Assembly: GCA_963823035.1 (NCBI GenBank) | Contig: CAWGKG010000008.1 | Location: forward strand, 32,001-96,000 | From: an uncultured Gemmatimonadales bacterium | Lineage (GTDB): Bacteria > Gemmatimonadota > Gemmatimonadetes > Longimicrobiales > Gaopeijiaceae | Direction of reading: 5' to 3' | Length of the DNA: 64,000 nucleotides | Shown: positions 45,151 to 58,990 of the stretch, piece after piece | Layout: every line of letters starts with the position of its first letter | How positions within the stretch are numbered: position 1 is the first letter of the stretch | The notes under the pieces: model-generated | Database searches by the model: none | What the model was told of the DNA's origin: nothing | Seen by the model: the letters and a program-made list of their open reading frames with translations, nothing else | Made by a program: the position numbers and the translations under genes

Positions 45151-46615
45151 ATGCGCATCTGCCTGCTGACCGACCAGGTGCTCGACGCGGAGCCCTTCGA
45201 TCCCGAAGACTGGCCTTGCGACCCGCGCCCGTACCTCCCCGACGACGAGTGGGGCCTCCTGACGCTCAGGAAGGAGGCGGCGGTCGCGCAGATCATCGAG
45301 GCGTCGCGGGTGGGCTACGACGTCTTCTTCAACCTGTGCGACGGCGCCTGGGACGAGGGGCGCGTGGGCATCGAAGTCGTGCAGACGCTCGAGTGGCTGG
45401 ACCTGCCCTTCACGGGCGCGACGTCGGAGTTCTACGAGCCGACGCGTGAGGCCATGAAGCGTGTATGTCACGCCTGGGGCATCGACACGCCCGCGTACGT
45501 CACGGCGCGCACCGCCGCGGACGTGGAGCGCGCCGCGGACACGCTGCGCTTCCCCCTCTTCGTGAAGCACCCGAACAGCTACGCGAGCAGCGGCCTGACG
45601 CGCGCGTCCCGGGTCGAGACGGGGGAGGCGCTCAGGGCGCAGGCCGGAGACATCATGCGCCGCTACGGGGCCGCGCTCGTCGAGGAGTACATCGAGGGAA
45701 CCGAGTGCACGGTGCTGGTCGGGGAGAACCCGGACGACCCCGCCGGCCCGCATACGTACCAGCCGATCCGGTACGAATTCCCTCCGGGGGAGTCGTTCAA
45801 GCACTACGAGCTGAAGTGGGTGAAGTACGGCGGGCTGGAAGCGCATCCCGTGGAGGACCCGGTCCTCGACCGCTGCGCTGCGCGAGGCCTCGGGAACGTT
45901 CTTCGTGGGGATGCGCGGCGCGGGCTTCGGTCGCTGCGACATGCGCGTGGACGCCGAGGGGCGACCGTGGATGCTGGAGATCAACCCCAACTGCGGCATC
46001 TACTATCCGGCCACCGACCCCGGTAGCGCGGACATCTGCCTGGCGCACGATCCGGCGGGCCACGAGGGTTTCACGCGCAGGCTGGTGGCCGCGGCCTTCG
46101 CGCGGCAGGCCCGGCGTCGGCGCGCCTGGCAGGTGCTCCCGCGGCCCGCCGGAGACTACGGTACGTTCGCCACGCGCCCCGTGGCCGAAGGCGAGCGCGT
46201 GATGGTCTTCGAGGAGCAGCCCCATCACCTCGTGAGCCGCGCGTACGTGGAGCGCAACTGGGACGAGCGTCACCTGGACTGGTTCCGGCGGTACGCCTGG
46301 CCGATCAGCGACGAGGTGTGGGTCACGTGGAGCGAGGACCCCGAGCACTGGAGGCCGATCAACCACTCCTGCGACCCGTCCGCCTGGCTCGAAGGCCTCG
46401 ACGTGGTGGCGAGGCGCCCGCTCCGTGTGGGCGAGGAGATCACGCTCGACTACGCCACCTTCTACGACGAGCACATGGCGGCGTTCACATGCGACTGCGG
46501 CAGCGACCCATGTCGGGGCACGATCCGCGGCGACGACTACCTGGGCGACTTCATGGAACGATACGGGGCGCACCTCTCCGCGCACGTCCGGCAGAAGCGG
46601 GCGGAGCGACGCTGA
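45151..46615 (+). CDS. D-Ala-D-Ala-ligase-like ATP-grasp fused to SET/post-SET domain (frameshift near 45870)
   Basis: FPLFVKH, LVEEYIEGTE, RCDMR, LEINPNCG; then INHSCDP, GEEITLDY, CDCGSDPCRG. Confidence 0.8.
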
Positions 46616-47625
46616 GCGCACCGCCCGCCGTCTCGGTCCTCCTGCCGGTGCGCGACGGTGCGCGGCACCTGCCGGAGGCCATCGCGTCCCTGCAGGCGCA
46701 GACCGACGCCGATTTCGAGGTCATCGCGGTCGACGACGGCTCCGCCGACGACACCTTCGGAATCCTCGCGGCCTGGGCCCGGTCGGATCGACGCGTGCGC
46801 CCCCTGCGCCAGGAGCCGACCGGGATCGTCGCGGCGCTCGAACACGCGCGGGCCATGGCGCGTGGCCGTTGGCTCGCCCGCATGGACGCCGACGACGTGA
46901 GCGAGCCGCAGCGCTTCGCGCACCAGCGCGCGCTCATGGAGTCGGACCCGACGCTCACGGTGTGCGGGACGCACGTCCGCTCCTTTCCCGACGGCGAGGT
47001 GCGCGAGGGTGCCCGGCGCTACGAGGCGTGGCTGAACGCCACCGCGGCGCCCGAAGACGTGGCGCGGGAGCTCTTCGTGGAGTGCCCCCTCGCGCACCCC
47101 ACCTTCTTCCTCTCCGCGGACGCCGTCTCCCGCGTCGGCGGCTACCGCGACCGGGGGTGGGCGGAGGACTACGACCTCCTTCTCCGCCTGTGGCGGGGCG
47201 GAGGGCGGCTGGCCAAGGTGCCGGAAGTCCTCCTGCGGTGGCGGGAGGGCCCGGGACGCCTGCAGCGCACGTCGCCCGTGTACGGCCCCGACGCCTTCGT
47301 GCGATGCAAGGTGCACCACCTGACGCGCTCGCTCCTCTCGGACGGCCGCGCGGTGGCCGTCTGGGGCGCCGGTCCGGTGGGCAAGACGTTCGCGCGCGCC
47401 CTGGCCGACGGGGGTGTGCGGGTGCGCGCCTTCGTCGAGGTCGACCCCAGGAAGATCGGCCAGGAGATCCACGAAGCCCCCGTGCTCGACACGGAGGGCG
47501 GGCTCGCGCTCCGGGGGGTCCTCCACCTCGCCGCCGTCGGTCAGCCCGGGGCGCGCGACACCCTGCGGGCGATCCTTTCCGGCGCCGGGCTCCGGGAGCT
47601 CGTCGACTACCTGGCCGTCGCCTGA
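46612..47625 (+). CDS. GT2 glycosyltransferase with C-terminal Rossmann-like domain
   Basis: VSVLLPV, VDDGS, RMDADD, EDYDL, VWGAGPVGK; best start is a CTG overlapping the upstream TGA. Confidence 0.85.
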   Translation: MSAPPAVSVLLPVRDGARHLPEAIASLQAQTDADFEVIAVDDGSADDTFGILAAWARSDRRVRPLRQEPTGIVAALEHARAMARGRWLARMDADDVSEPQRFAHQRALMESDPTLTVCGTHVRSFPDGEVREGARRYEAWLNATAAPEDVARELFVECPLAHPTFFLSADAVSRVGGYRDRGWAEDYDLLLRLWRGGGRLAKVPEVLLRWREGPGRLQRTSPVYGPDAFVRCKVHHLTRSLLSDGRAVAVWGAGPVGKTFARALADGGVRVRAFVEVDPRKIGQEIHEAPVLDTEGGLALRGVLHLAAVGQPGARDTLRAILSGAGLRELVDYLAVA

Positions 47626-47692
47626 GGGCCGCCGGGCTTTTCGGTTCCCCCAAAATACCGCGAAAACCGTTGTGCGGTGCGGGGTTTCAGCC

Positions 47693-47721
47693 TTGCCGCA
47701 GAAGCCCTTCAAGGTTAGTTT
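47693..47721 (+). promoter_or_regulatory. Candidate sigma70 promoter upstream of gyrA unit
   Basis: TTGCCG, 17-nt spacer, TAGTTT in an AT-enriched intergenic stretch. Confidence 0.45.
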
Positions 47722-47858
47722 TCCATGTCTCGGAAGCATCGCTCTACGGGCGCCCCGGAAGGGGCGCCCGGAACGTTTGGTCCCTACCGCGCACAACGCG
47801 GCTTCCCGATCCACAGGAGCGTGGGCGTGCCCGTCGTCCGCAGGGCCGTGACTGCTTG

Positions 47859-48315
47859 ATGCGCCGCGGCCTCGCGTTCGTCTCGTTGGTGCTCGTGCTG
47901 ATGGGCCTCGAGCTGTCCACCGAGGCGGTCACGGTGGTGGTGGACCGGATCGTGGGAGGGCTGTCGGCGCTTTTCAGGGGGGACGGAGCCCGCCTTGCCG
48001 CGCTTCCGTTTCGTGGTGGGGTTGGGTGCCCTGGTGGCGGGAGTCGGGCTCGGGATCCTGCTGATCTGGTCCGGCCGGAAGGGGCGCGGGGTCGGCGCGC
48101 AGGGGGATGCGTGCCCGCAGTGCGGCGGCGAGACGCGGCGCGTGCGGCGCCGGGGATGGCAGCGGCTGCTCGCGGCACTCGTGGGCGAGCGGATGACGCG
48201 ACGCAAGTGCGAGACGTGCGGGTGGGTGGGGCTTGAGCGTGAGGCGGTGAGCCTGCGGCCGGCGGGGCCGGAGGACCGAAGAAGAACCCGATCAGGACCG
48301 AACCAGCATGGCTGA
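47859..48315 (+). CDS. Membrane protein with C-terminal zinc ribbon (frameshifted, end uncertain)
   Basis: [14 protein letters not shown]... joined to TM plus CPQC...CETC in adjacent frame. Confidence 0.55.
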
Positions 48316-50896
48316 CGAGCTCGATCTCGTGGGAGGCGGTGGCGGCGAGAAGGTGCTGACCCGTCTCCTCGAAGACGAGATGAGGGAGTCGTTCATCGAC
48401 TATTCGATGAGCGTGATCGTGCAGCGGGCGCTGCCGGACGTGCGCGACGGGCTCAAGCCCGTGCACCGGCGCATCCTCTACGCGATGAGCGAGCTGGGCC
48501 TCTCCCCGGGGCGGGCCTACAAGAAGAGCGCGTCCGTCGTCGGTGAGGTGCTCGGCAAGTACCACCCGCACGGCGACTCGGCGGTCTACGACTCGATGGT
48601 GCGCATGGTGCAGACGTTCAGCCTGCGCTATCCGCTCGTCGACGGGCAGGGCAACTTCGGCTCCGTAGACGGCGACTCCGCGGCGGCCTACCGGTACACG
48701 GAGGCCCGTCTCACGGCGGCGGCGATGGAGATGCTCGCCGACATCGACAAGGAGACGGTTCTCTTCGTCCCGAACTTCGACGGACAGAAGACGGAGCCCA
48801 CCGTCCTGCCGGCGAAGATCCCCAACCTCCTCGTCAACGGCTCCTCGGGCATCGCGGTCGGGATGGCCACGAACATCCCGCCGCACAACCTGCGTGAGGT
48901 GGTGGCCGCCACGACGGCACTGGTGGACGATCCCGACCTGAGCCAGGAGCGGCTGGAGGCGCTCATCACGGGGCCCGACTTCCCGACGGGCGGCTTCATC
49001 TGCGGGCGCGAGGGCATCCAGGACGCGTACCGCACGGGCCGCGGCCGCGTGATCATGCGCGCGCGGGCCGACATCGAGCAGATCGACGCCAACTCGGAGC
49101 GGATCGTCGTCACCGAGATCCCCTTCATGGTGAACAAGTCCCGCCTGATCGAGCAGATCGCCCAGCTCGCGCGGGACAAGAAGATCACCGAGATCCGCGA
49201 CCTGCGTGACGAGAGCGACCGCGACGGGATGCGCATCGTCATCGAGCTGAAGCGCGATGCCGTGCCGTACGTCGTGCTGAACCGGCTGTACAAGCACACG
49301 CAGATGCAGTCGACGTTCGGCACCATCCTCCTGGCGCTGGTGGACGGTCAGCCCCAGGTCATGACGCTGCGGCAGATCCTGCAGCACTTCATCGACCATC
49401 GGCACCGCGTCATCGTCAGGCGCAGCGAGTTCGACCTCGCGAAGGCCAAGGACCGCGAGCACATCCTCGAAGGTCTCAAGATCGCCGTCGACAACATCGA
49501 CGAGGTCATCGAGATCATCCGGGGGTCTCCGGACACCGAGACGGCGTCCGCCTCCCTCCAGGAGCGGTTCGAGCTCTCGGAGCGCCAGGCGAAGGCGATC
49601 CTCGACATGCGTCTCGCGCGGCTCACGGGCCTCGAGATCGAGAAGCTCGAGGAGGAGCTGGCCGAGGTGCGCGCCACGATCGCGGACCTGGAGGACATCC
49701 TCGCGTCGCACGAGCGGCGGATGACGATCCTGAAGGGCGAGCTGCAGGAGATGGCCGACAAGTTCGGCGACGAGCGGCGCACGGAGATCACGGGCGCCGT
49801 GGGGTCCTTCGACATGGAGGACCTGATCGTCGAGGAGGACATGGTCATCACGGTGTCGCACTCGGGGTACGTGAAGCGTCTCCCTGTGGACACGTACCGG
49901 GCGCAGCGCCGGGGCGGGCGTGGGCTGCGCGGGATGGACACCAAGGAGGAGGACTGGGTCGAGCACCTCTTCGTGGCGTCCACGCACGACTACCTGATGA
50001 TCTTCACGCGCCGGGGCCAGTGCTACTGGATCAAGGTGTGGGAGATCCCGGTGGGCGCGCGGGCGTCGCGCGGCAAGCCGATCGTGAACCTCCTCAACCT
50101 CTCGAGCGAGGAGCAGATCGCGGCGGTGGTCCCGGTGCGCGAGTTCGCCGAGGACAAGTACCTCATCTTCTCGACGCGGCTCGGCGTGGTGAAGAAGACG
50201 GCGCTGTCCGCCTACGGCAACGTGCGTGCGGTCGGGCTGAACGCGATCAACACCCGCGAGGGCGACGAGCTCATCGACGTGCAGATCACGGCCGGCGAGG
50301 AGGAGATCATCCTCGCCACGCGGCGCGGGATGGCGATCCGCTTCAACGAGGGGGACGCCCGCCCCATGGGACGCGCCACGGAGGGCGTACGCGGCATCGA
50401 CCTCTCCGGCGAGGACGTGGTGATCGGGATGGTCGTGGTGCGGCCGGAGTCGACGCTCCTGGTCGTGACCGAGAACGGGATGGGCAAGCGCACCGAGGTG
50501 GACGCGTACCGGTTGCAGAAGCGCGGCGGCAAGGGCGTCATCAACGTCAAGACGAGCGCGAAGACCGGCCGGGTCGTGTCGATCAAGTCGGTCACCGAGG
50601 ACGAGCAGATCATGGTCATCACGCGGAAGGGCGTGGTGAACCGGCAGCGGATCGACGAGATCCGCGTGATCGGCCGTGCCACGCAGGGAGTGCGCCTCGT
50701 GAACCTGGACGACGGCGACGAGGTCATGGACGTCGCCCGGGTCATCGCCGACGACGAGGAGGACCTCGTGGGCGGGGAAGGCGAGGCCCTGGAGGGCGCG
50801 GCGGAGGCCGGCGCCGAGGCCGGAGATGGCGAGGAGGAAGCGGAGCCGGAGAGCGAGCCCGGTGACGACGAGCCGGAGGCCCAAGGAGACGCATGA
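48308..50896 (+). CDS. gyrA: DNA gyrase subunit A
   Basis: [33 protein letters not shown], GyrA-box QRRGGRG, acidic tail. Confidence 0.98.
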   Translation: MADELDLVGGGGGEKVLTRLLEDEMRESFIDYSMSVIVQRALPDVRDGLKPVHRRILYAMSELGLSPGRAYKKSASVVGEVLGKYHPHGDSAVYDSMVRMVQTFSLRYPLVDGQGNFGSVDGDSAAAYRYTEARLTAAAMEMLADIDKETVLFVPNFDGQKTEPTVLPAKIPNLLVNGSSGIAVGMATNIPPHNLREVVAATTALVDDPDLSQERLEALITGPDFPTGGFICGREGIQDAYRTGRGRVIMRARADIEQIDANSERIVVTEIPFMVNKSRLIEQIAQLARDKKITEIRDLRDESDRDGMRIVIELKRDAVPYVVLNRLYKHTQMQSTFGTILLALVDGQPQVMTLRQILQHFIDHRHRVIVRRSEFDLAKAKDREHILEGLKIAVDNIDEVIEIIRGSPDTETASASLQERFELSERQAKAILDMRLARLTGLEIEKLEEELAEVRATIADLEDILASHERRMTILKGELQEMADKFGDERRTEITGAVGSFDMEDLIVEEDMVITVSHSGYVKRLPVDTYRAQRRGGRGLRGMDTKEEDWVEHLFVASTHDYLMIFTRRGQCYWIKVWEIPVGARASRGKPIVNLLNLSSEEQIAAVVPVREFAEDKYLIFSTRLGVVKKTALSAYGNVRAVGLNAINTREGDELIDVQITAGEEEIILATRRGMAIRFNEGDARPMGRATEGVRGIDLSGEDVVIGMVVVRPESTLLVVTENGMGKRTEVDAYRLQKRGGKGVINVKTSAKTGRVVSIKSVTEDEQIMVITRKGVVNRQRIDEIRVIGRATQGVRLVNLDDGDEVMDVARVIADDEEDLVGGEGEALEGAAEAGAEAGDGEEEAEPESEPGDDEPEAQGDA

Positions 50897-51868
50897 GCGA
50901 GACCGTCCAGGGGGAGGGACTCGTCGGTCTGACCGAGATCGAGTCCGCGGCGCGGCGTCTGGCCGGCGTGGCCGTGCGCACGCCGCTCCTCCCGGCGGAC
51001 GCCATCTCGGAGGCGGTCGGCGGGGAGGTGCGCCTCAAGTGCGAGAACCTCCAACGGGCCGGCGCCTTCAAGATCCGGGGAGCGTACAACTTCGTCTCCC
51101 AGCTCTCCGACGAGCAGGTGAAGAACGGGATCATCACGTATTCCTCGGGCAACCACGGGCAGGCCGTGGCGCTCACCGGCAAGCTGCGAGGGCTGAGGGC
51201 GGTGGTGGTGATGCCCACCACGGCGCCCCCTGTGAAGGTGCAGGGCGCGAAGCGCCTGGGCGCCGAGGTGGTGATGGAGGGCACGACCTCGGTGGAGCGA
51301 AAGCTCCGCGCGGAGGCGATCGCCGAGGAGGAGGGTCTGGTCATGGTGCCGCCCTTCGACCACCGGCACATCATCGCCGGGCAGGGCACCGTGGGCCTCG
51401 AGATCGCGAAGGACTGGCCCGACGTGGACCTGGTCCTTGCGCCGATCGGAGGCGGAGGGCTGGCGAGCGGCGTGGCCGCCGCGGTGAAGCGCATGCTGCC
51501 GCACGCCCGCGTCGTCGGCGTCGAGCCGGTGGGCGCCGCCTCCATGCGCGCCGCCCTCGACCACGAGGGCCCCACCCTCCTGACCGAGGTGGAGAGCATC
51601 GCGGACGGGCTCCTGCCGGTCATCACCGGCGAGCTCACCTACGAGCACGCGCGTGAGCTCATGGACGACGTGGTCACGGTGAGCGACGACGCGATCCGCA
51701 GGGCCACGGCCATGCTCATCCATCGCCAGAAGCTCGTGGTGGAGTTCAGCGGCGCGGTCACCACGGCGGCAATCCTCGAGCGGAAGGTCGAGGTTCGTGG
51801 AGCAGCGGGTGGCCGCGGTCATCAGCGGCGGCAACATCGACCCGTCCGTTCTGGCCGGGCTCTCCTGA
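50893..51868 (+). CDS. PLP-dependent serine/threonine dehydratase family protein (frameshift near 51795)
   Basis: [37 protein letters not shown] in the shifted frame. Confidence 0.88.
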
Positions 51869-51876
51869 GAAGCGCG

Positions 51877-52823
51877 GTGACGACTCCGCAGCCCTTCGTC
51901 CCGGGCATCGAGATCGGCCACGGCCTCGCGTACGGGGGACGGAGCGGGTCCACCGTCGTGCTGGGCCCCTTCCGCGCGGCCGCCGAGGTCCGGGGGCTGG
52001 CCACCGGGACCCGCGAGCTGGACGTGCTCCGCCCCACTCATCTGGTCCCCAGGGTCGACGCGATCCTCCTGGCCGGGGGCTCGGTGTTCGGCCTGGCAGC
52101 CGCGGACGGGGTCGTGAGCTGGCTCGCCGAGGCCGGACGTGGATACGACACCGGCATGGGCCGGGTGCCGATCGTGCCGGCCGCGGTGATCTTCGACCTG
52201 CACCAGCACCACACCCGGCCGGACGCCGAGACGGGTGTAGCCGCCTGCGCGGACGCGCGCGCGGGCAGCCCGCTCGAAGGCCGGGTGGGCGCCGGCGTGG
52301 GAGCGACCGTCGGGAAGATCGCCGGCCCGGAAGCCGCCATGGACGGCGGTATCGGCGTGTGGTCCGCAGAGGTGGACGGCTTTCGTGTCGGCGCGCTGGC
52401 CGTGGTGAACGCGCTCGGCGACGTGCTCGACGGGCAAGGTCGGATCGTGGCCGGCGCACGGGACCCGGAGGGCGGGTTCCTGGACACCGCCGCGCTGCTG
52501 CGGCGGGGCGGCGCCTCCGGCGCGATGGGCGGGATGCCCGCCGGAACGAACACGACGCTCGCGGTGGTGGCGACCGATGCGCCCCTGACACGGGTAGGAC
52601 TGGCGAGGCTGGCCCGGGTCGCCGGCAACGCACTGGCGCGCCGGATCAACCCCGTGCACACGCCCTTCGACGGCGACGTGATCTTCGCCGTGTCGACCGC
52701 GGCGGAGGAAAGCGGAGATGGGCGGGGGCGAGGCTGCTGGCCCTGGGGGCCGTGGCGCAGCACGCGCTGGAGGAGGCGATCACCCGCGCGGTGACCGAGG
52801 GGCATCGGGAACAGCATCGATGA
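51877..52823 (+). CDS. P1/DmpA (S58) family self-processing peptidase (frameshift near 52715)
   Basis: LAGGSVFGL, VPIVPAAVIFDL, VGAGVGATVGK, NTTLAVVATDA, HTPFDGD. Confidence 0.88.
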
Positions 52824-53503
52824 GACGTCTGATCCTGTTCGACATCGACGGAACGCTCCTCTGGGGCGGGCCGGCGAAGGACGCGTTCCATCGCGCCCTC
52901 GTGGAGACGTTCGGCACCGCCGGCGACATCGAGGTGCACTCCTTCGCGGGGAAGACCGATCCGCAGATCGCGCGCGAGCTGCTCACCGGCGCCGGACTGC
53001 CCCCAGCGGCGATCGACGACGGCTTCGCGGCCCTCTGGGAGCGCTACCTGGGGTACCTTGCCGTGCTGCTCGAGTCGCGACCCGTGACCGTGCTGCCGGG
53101 CGTGCCGCCCCTCCTGCGGGAGCTCGCGCGCCGCACGGACGTCGGACTCGGGCTGCTCACGGGGAACATCGTCGGCGGCGCGGAGCTGAAGCTCCGCTCG
53201 GCGGGCATCTTCGAGCACTTCGAGGTCGGGAGCTACGGATCGGATCACGAGGAGCGGGACGAGCTGGCACGGATCGCGCTCACGCGCGCCGCGGAGGCGT
53301 GGTCGGTGAGCATCGACCCGAAGGACGTGTTCATCGTCGGTGACACCCCACGCGACGTGCAGTGTGGGCGCGCCGGGGGCACCAGGACGCTGGGGGTGGC
53401 CACCGGCCACTACGGCGTCGAGGAGCTCGAGCGCTGCGGCGCCGACCATGTTCTGGCGGACCTGACGGATACCGAGCAGGTGGTGGCGCTGCTCGCGGAC
53501 TAG
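52820..53503 (+). CDS. HAD-family hydrolase
   Basis: LFDIDGTLL, LLTGN, VGDTPRDV. Confidence 0.92.
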   Translation: MRRLILFDIDGTLLWGGPAKDAFHRALVETFGTAGDIEVHSFAGKTDPQIARELLTGAGLPPAAIDDGFAALWERYLGYLAVLLESRPVTVLPGVPPLLRELARRTDVGLGLLTGNIVGGAELKLRSAGIFEHFEVGSYGSDHEERDELARIALTRAAEAWSVSIDPKDVFIVGDTPRDVQCGRAGGTRTLGVATGHYGVEELERCGADHVLADLTDTEQVVALLAD

Positions 53504-53639
53504 AAGGGTGTTGAAGGAGGGGAGCCATCGCTTCGCTTGATCAGGTCGCGCGACGGGAACATCTTGTCCGACCTGGACGAACACAGTTGGCAGGCGGGTC
53601 CAACGGCCGACCTGGTCGGCCCCGGTAGGGGGTAGAAAC

Positions 53640-54408
53640 GTGGCGAGCAGAGGCGAACAACGCAGGGAAGCGCGGAAGAAGGGTGGTTCCGAGATGACCA
53701 GGTTCTACTACATCCTGGGCATCGTCGCCGTCATCGGCGTCGGCATCGTGGCCTGGTCCGTCGGTTCCCAGGCGATGGGCACCGCGGCGACGCAGCCGGT
53801 CGACGTCGAGGGTCTCGACGACATGTCCAAGCTGGTCGATCTGGCGGAAGGCGTCACGCAGGGCGAGGCGAACGCGCCCATCACGATCATGGAGTTCGCC
53901 GACTACTCCTGCCCGGCCTGTGGTCAGTTCGCGCTCACCACCAAGCCGCAGATTCTGAAGCAGTACGTCGAGACGGGGAAGGCCAAGTTCATCTACCACG
54001 ACTTCCCGCTCACGTCCATCCACCCGCACTCCTTCCTCGCCGCCCGGGCCGCGCGCTGCGCGCGGCGACCAGGGGAAGTTCTGGGACTACCAGGACGCCC
54101 TCTTCCGTCATCAGTCCGAGTGGGCCACGAAGAACTCCGTGGAAGCGGACCTGAAGAACTTCGCGGAGCAGACGGGGCTGGACGTGGACGCGTTCGAGTC
54201 GTGCCTGAACAGCGACGCACACGCCGACGTGGTGTCAGCGAACCTGCGGCTCTCCACGGAGCTCGGGATCAACTCGACCCCGACCATCATGGTCAGCGCC
54301 GGCAAGGGGATGGCGCGCATGCTCGGCGGCTACGACTTCCGCGCGGTCCAGACCGAGGTGGATCGCCTGCTGCAGGAGATGGGCACGGACACCACGGGCG
54401 GTAGCTGA
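53640..54408 (+). CDS. Membrane-anchored DsbA-like thiol-disulfide oxidoreductase (frameshift near 54060)
   Basis: TM anchor, EFADYSCPAC, HDFPL, GINSTPT. Confidence 0.88.
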
Positions 54409-54410
54409 GC

Positions 54411-54885
54411 GTGCGTCAGGCTGCGGAGGAGGCGGCAGGAGAGGACCTGCCGCCGGCGACGCATCGCATGGCGATTGCCCTGCTGTCGCTCGTCGGCCTG
54501 TTCGTGGCCTTCTACCTCACGGCCCACGCCTTCGGGTGGACGGGTCCGCTCCGCTGCGGCATCGGCGAGTGCGAGACCGTGCAGGCGAGCCAAGTGGGCG
54601 AGGCTCGGGCCGGTGCCGGTCGCGCTGATCGGCCTTCTGGGCTACGTGGCGCTGTTGGTGCTTTCCTTCATGGGGTTGCAGCCCGCGCGGCGCCGGTCGC
54701 GAGGGATCGGCATGCTCCTCCTGGCTGGCGCCACGGTCGGCGTCGTCTTCTCGGCCTGGCTGACGTACCTCGAGGCCTTCGTCATCCACGCGTGGTGCCA
54801 GTGGTGCGTGACGTCGGCGATCCTCATGACGTTGATCTTCGTGGCTTCCCTTCCGGAGCTGCGAAGGTCCGGGAGGGGCGCATGA
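54411..54885 (+). CDS. Vitamin K epoxide reductase family protein (frameshift near 54590)
   Basis: CGIGEC loop cysteines, TM helices, WCQWC redox motif. Confidence 0.88.
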
Positions 54886-55082
54886 GCGCGAAGAAGGCGA
54901 CGGTGAAGGTGCGGCTGCTCTTCGTGGACGAGGGCTCCTACCACCAGGAAGAGATCGATCTGCCCGCCGAGGGGATGGCGGAGTACGAGCGTCTCATCGA
55001 CTTCGTGCGCGAGGACCCCGAGGTCTTGAGGCGGGCCCACGTGGACCTTGGCCGGCTGTGCGCGGCCTATCTCGTGCAATAA
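54882..55082 (+). CDS. Small hypothetical protein
   Basis: ATG overlapping VKOR stop; MSAKKATVKVRLLFVDEG... Confidence 0.6.
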   Translation: MSAKKATVKVRLLFVDEGSYHQEEIDLPAEGMAEYERLIDFVREDPEVLRRAHVDLGRLCAAYLVQ

Positions 55083-55200
55083 GGACTTCCCCACGTCGAC
55101 GACACCCTTGGGATTTCCGAGGAGGGCCGTCGTACGTTGTCGTGACCGCGCGTGAGGCCGATGCCGCGCCTCGCCTCCACGGTGCTGCCCTCACCGGAGG

Positions 55201-56436
55201 ATGGTCATGACGACGCACCGTCGTTGGGTCCTGATCCTGTCGTTCGTCCTCGTCGCCCTCCCACTCGACGCCCACGCCCAACGGCGGGGACGGCCCGTCG
55301 ACCTCCCGGAGGGGGAGGGGAAGGCCGTGGTCGAGGGGGTATGCTCGGCCTGCCACGGCCTGGATCGCGTCGCGGGGGACGGCTACACGCGCGAGGGCTG
55401 GCTGCGCCTCCTGGGCACGATGGTCGACCTGCCCCCCGCCGATGCTGCTCTCGTCGCCGACTACCTGGCCAGGAACTTCCCCGAGAAGCCCAAGCTCGCG
55501 CCCGTGTTGAAGGCGGGCCCGGCGGCGGTGTCGTTCGAGGAATGGTCGCTCCCGACGAAGGGGTCACGCCCGCACGATCCGCTCGCGACGCCCGACGGCG
55601 CGATCTGGTACACGGGTCAGTTCGCCAACAAGATGGGTCGCGTGGATCCGTCCACCGGCCAGGTGCGGGAGTACGCCGTTCCGACGGACGGCTCCGGCCC
55701 GCACGGGCTGACCGTGGATGGCGGCGGCGACATCTGGTTCACCGCGAACGCGAAGGGCTATCTCGGCAGGCTCGATCCGGAGAGTGGTGAGATCACCGAG
55801 TACCCGGTGGACGCCCGCGACCCGCACACCCCGATCTTCGACCGCGAAGGTACGCTCTGGTTCACCGCCCAGGGCGCGAACAAGGTGGGCCGCCTCGACC
55901 CGGAGACGGGGAAGGCCGACCTCGTGGAACTGCCCACGGCGCGCTCCAACCCCTACGGCATCGCGATCGACTCGAGGGGCGTTCCGTTCTTCGTGGAGTT
56001 CGGCGGCAATCGGATCGGAAGCCTGGACCCGCGCTCCCTGGCGCTGAGGGAGTGGGACCTTCCCGACGAGGGCGCGCGGCCGCGGCGCGTCGCGATCGAC
56101 GACGACGACATCCTGTGGTACTCGGACTACGCGCGCGGCTACCTCGGGCGCTTCGATCCGAGGACCGGCGACGTCCGCGAGTGGCCCTCACCGAGCGGAC
56201 CGGAGTCGCGGCCGTACGGCATCGCCTACACGAGGGACGCGGTCTGGTACGTCGAGACGGGCACGACGCCGAACGCGCTCGTGCGCTTCGACCCGGAGAC
56301 GGAGTCGATGCAGTCCTGGCCGATCCCGGCGGGCGGTGGCGTGGTGCGCAACATGATGCGCACGGTGGACGGCGACCAACTGGTGATCGCCGAGAGCGCG
56401 TTCAACATCGTCGGTCGAGTGACGATCCTCAGGTAG
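55201..56436 (+). CDS. Cytochrome c plus Vgb-like beta-propeller protein
   Basis: Signal peptide, CSACH heme motif, repeated PxGI...WFT...GRLDP blades. Confidence 0.85.
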   Translation: MVMTTHRRWVLILSFVLVALPLDAHAQRRGRPVDLPEGEGKAVVEGVCSACHGLDRVAGDGYTREGWLRLLGTMVDLPPADAALVADYLARNFPEKPKLAPVLKAGPAAVSFEEWSLPTKGSRPHDPLATPDGAIWYTGQFANKMGRVDPSTGQVREYAVPTDGSGPHGLTVDGGGDIWFTANAKGYLGRLDPESGEITEYPVDARDPHTPIFDREGTLWFTAQGANKVGRLDPETGKADLVELPTARSNPYGIAIDSRGVPFFVEFGGNRIGSLDPRSLALREWDLPDEGARPRRVAIDDDDILWYSDYARGYLGRFDPRTGDVREWPSPSGPESRPYGIAYTRDAVWYVETGTTPNALVRFDPETESMQSWPIPAGGGVVRNMMRTVDGDQLVIAESAFNIVGRVTILR

Positions 56437-56494
56437 GAGCCGGTCGCCGGATTCGTCGACGGGATGGCACACGCCGCCACCAGGAGCGGGTGCC

Positions 56495-58990
<2,496 letters not shown>

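Noticed and set aside
48560..48595. GyrA quinolone-resistance region
   Set aside because: HGDSAVYD has the usual Ser and Asp residues; nothing unusual
50893..52794. Apparent dehydratase-P1 peptidase fusion
   Set aside because: The conserved VISGGNID end and a stop at 51868 are in the shifted frame
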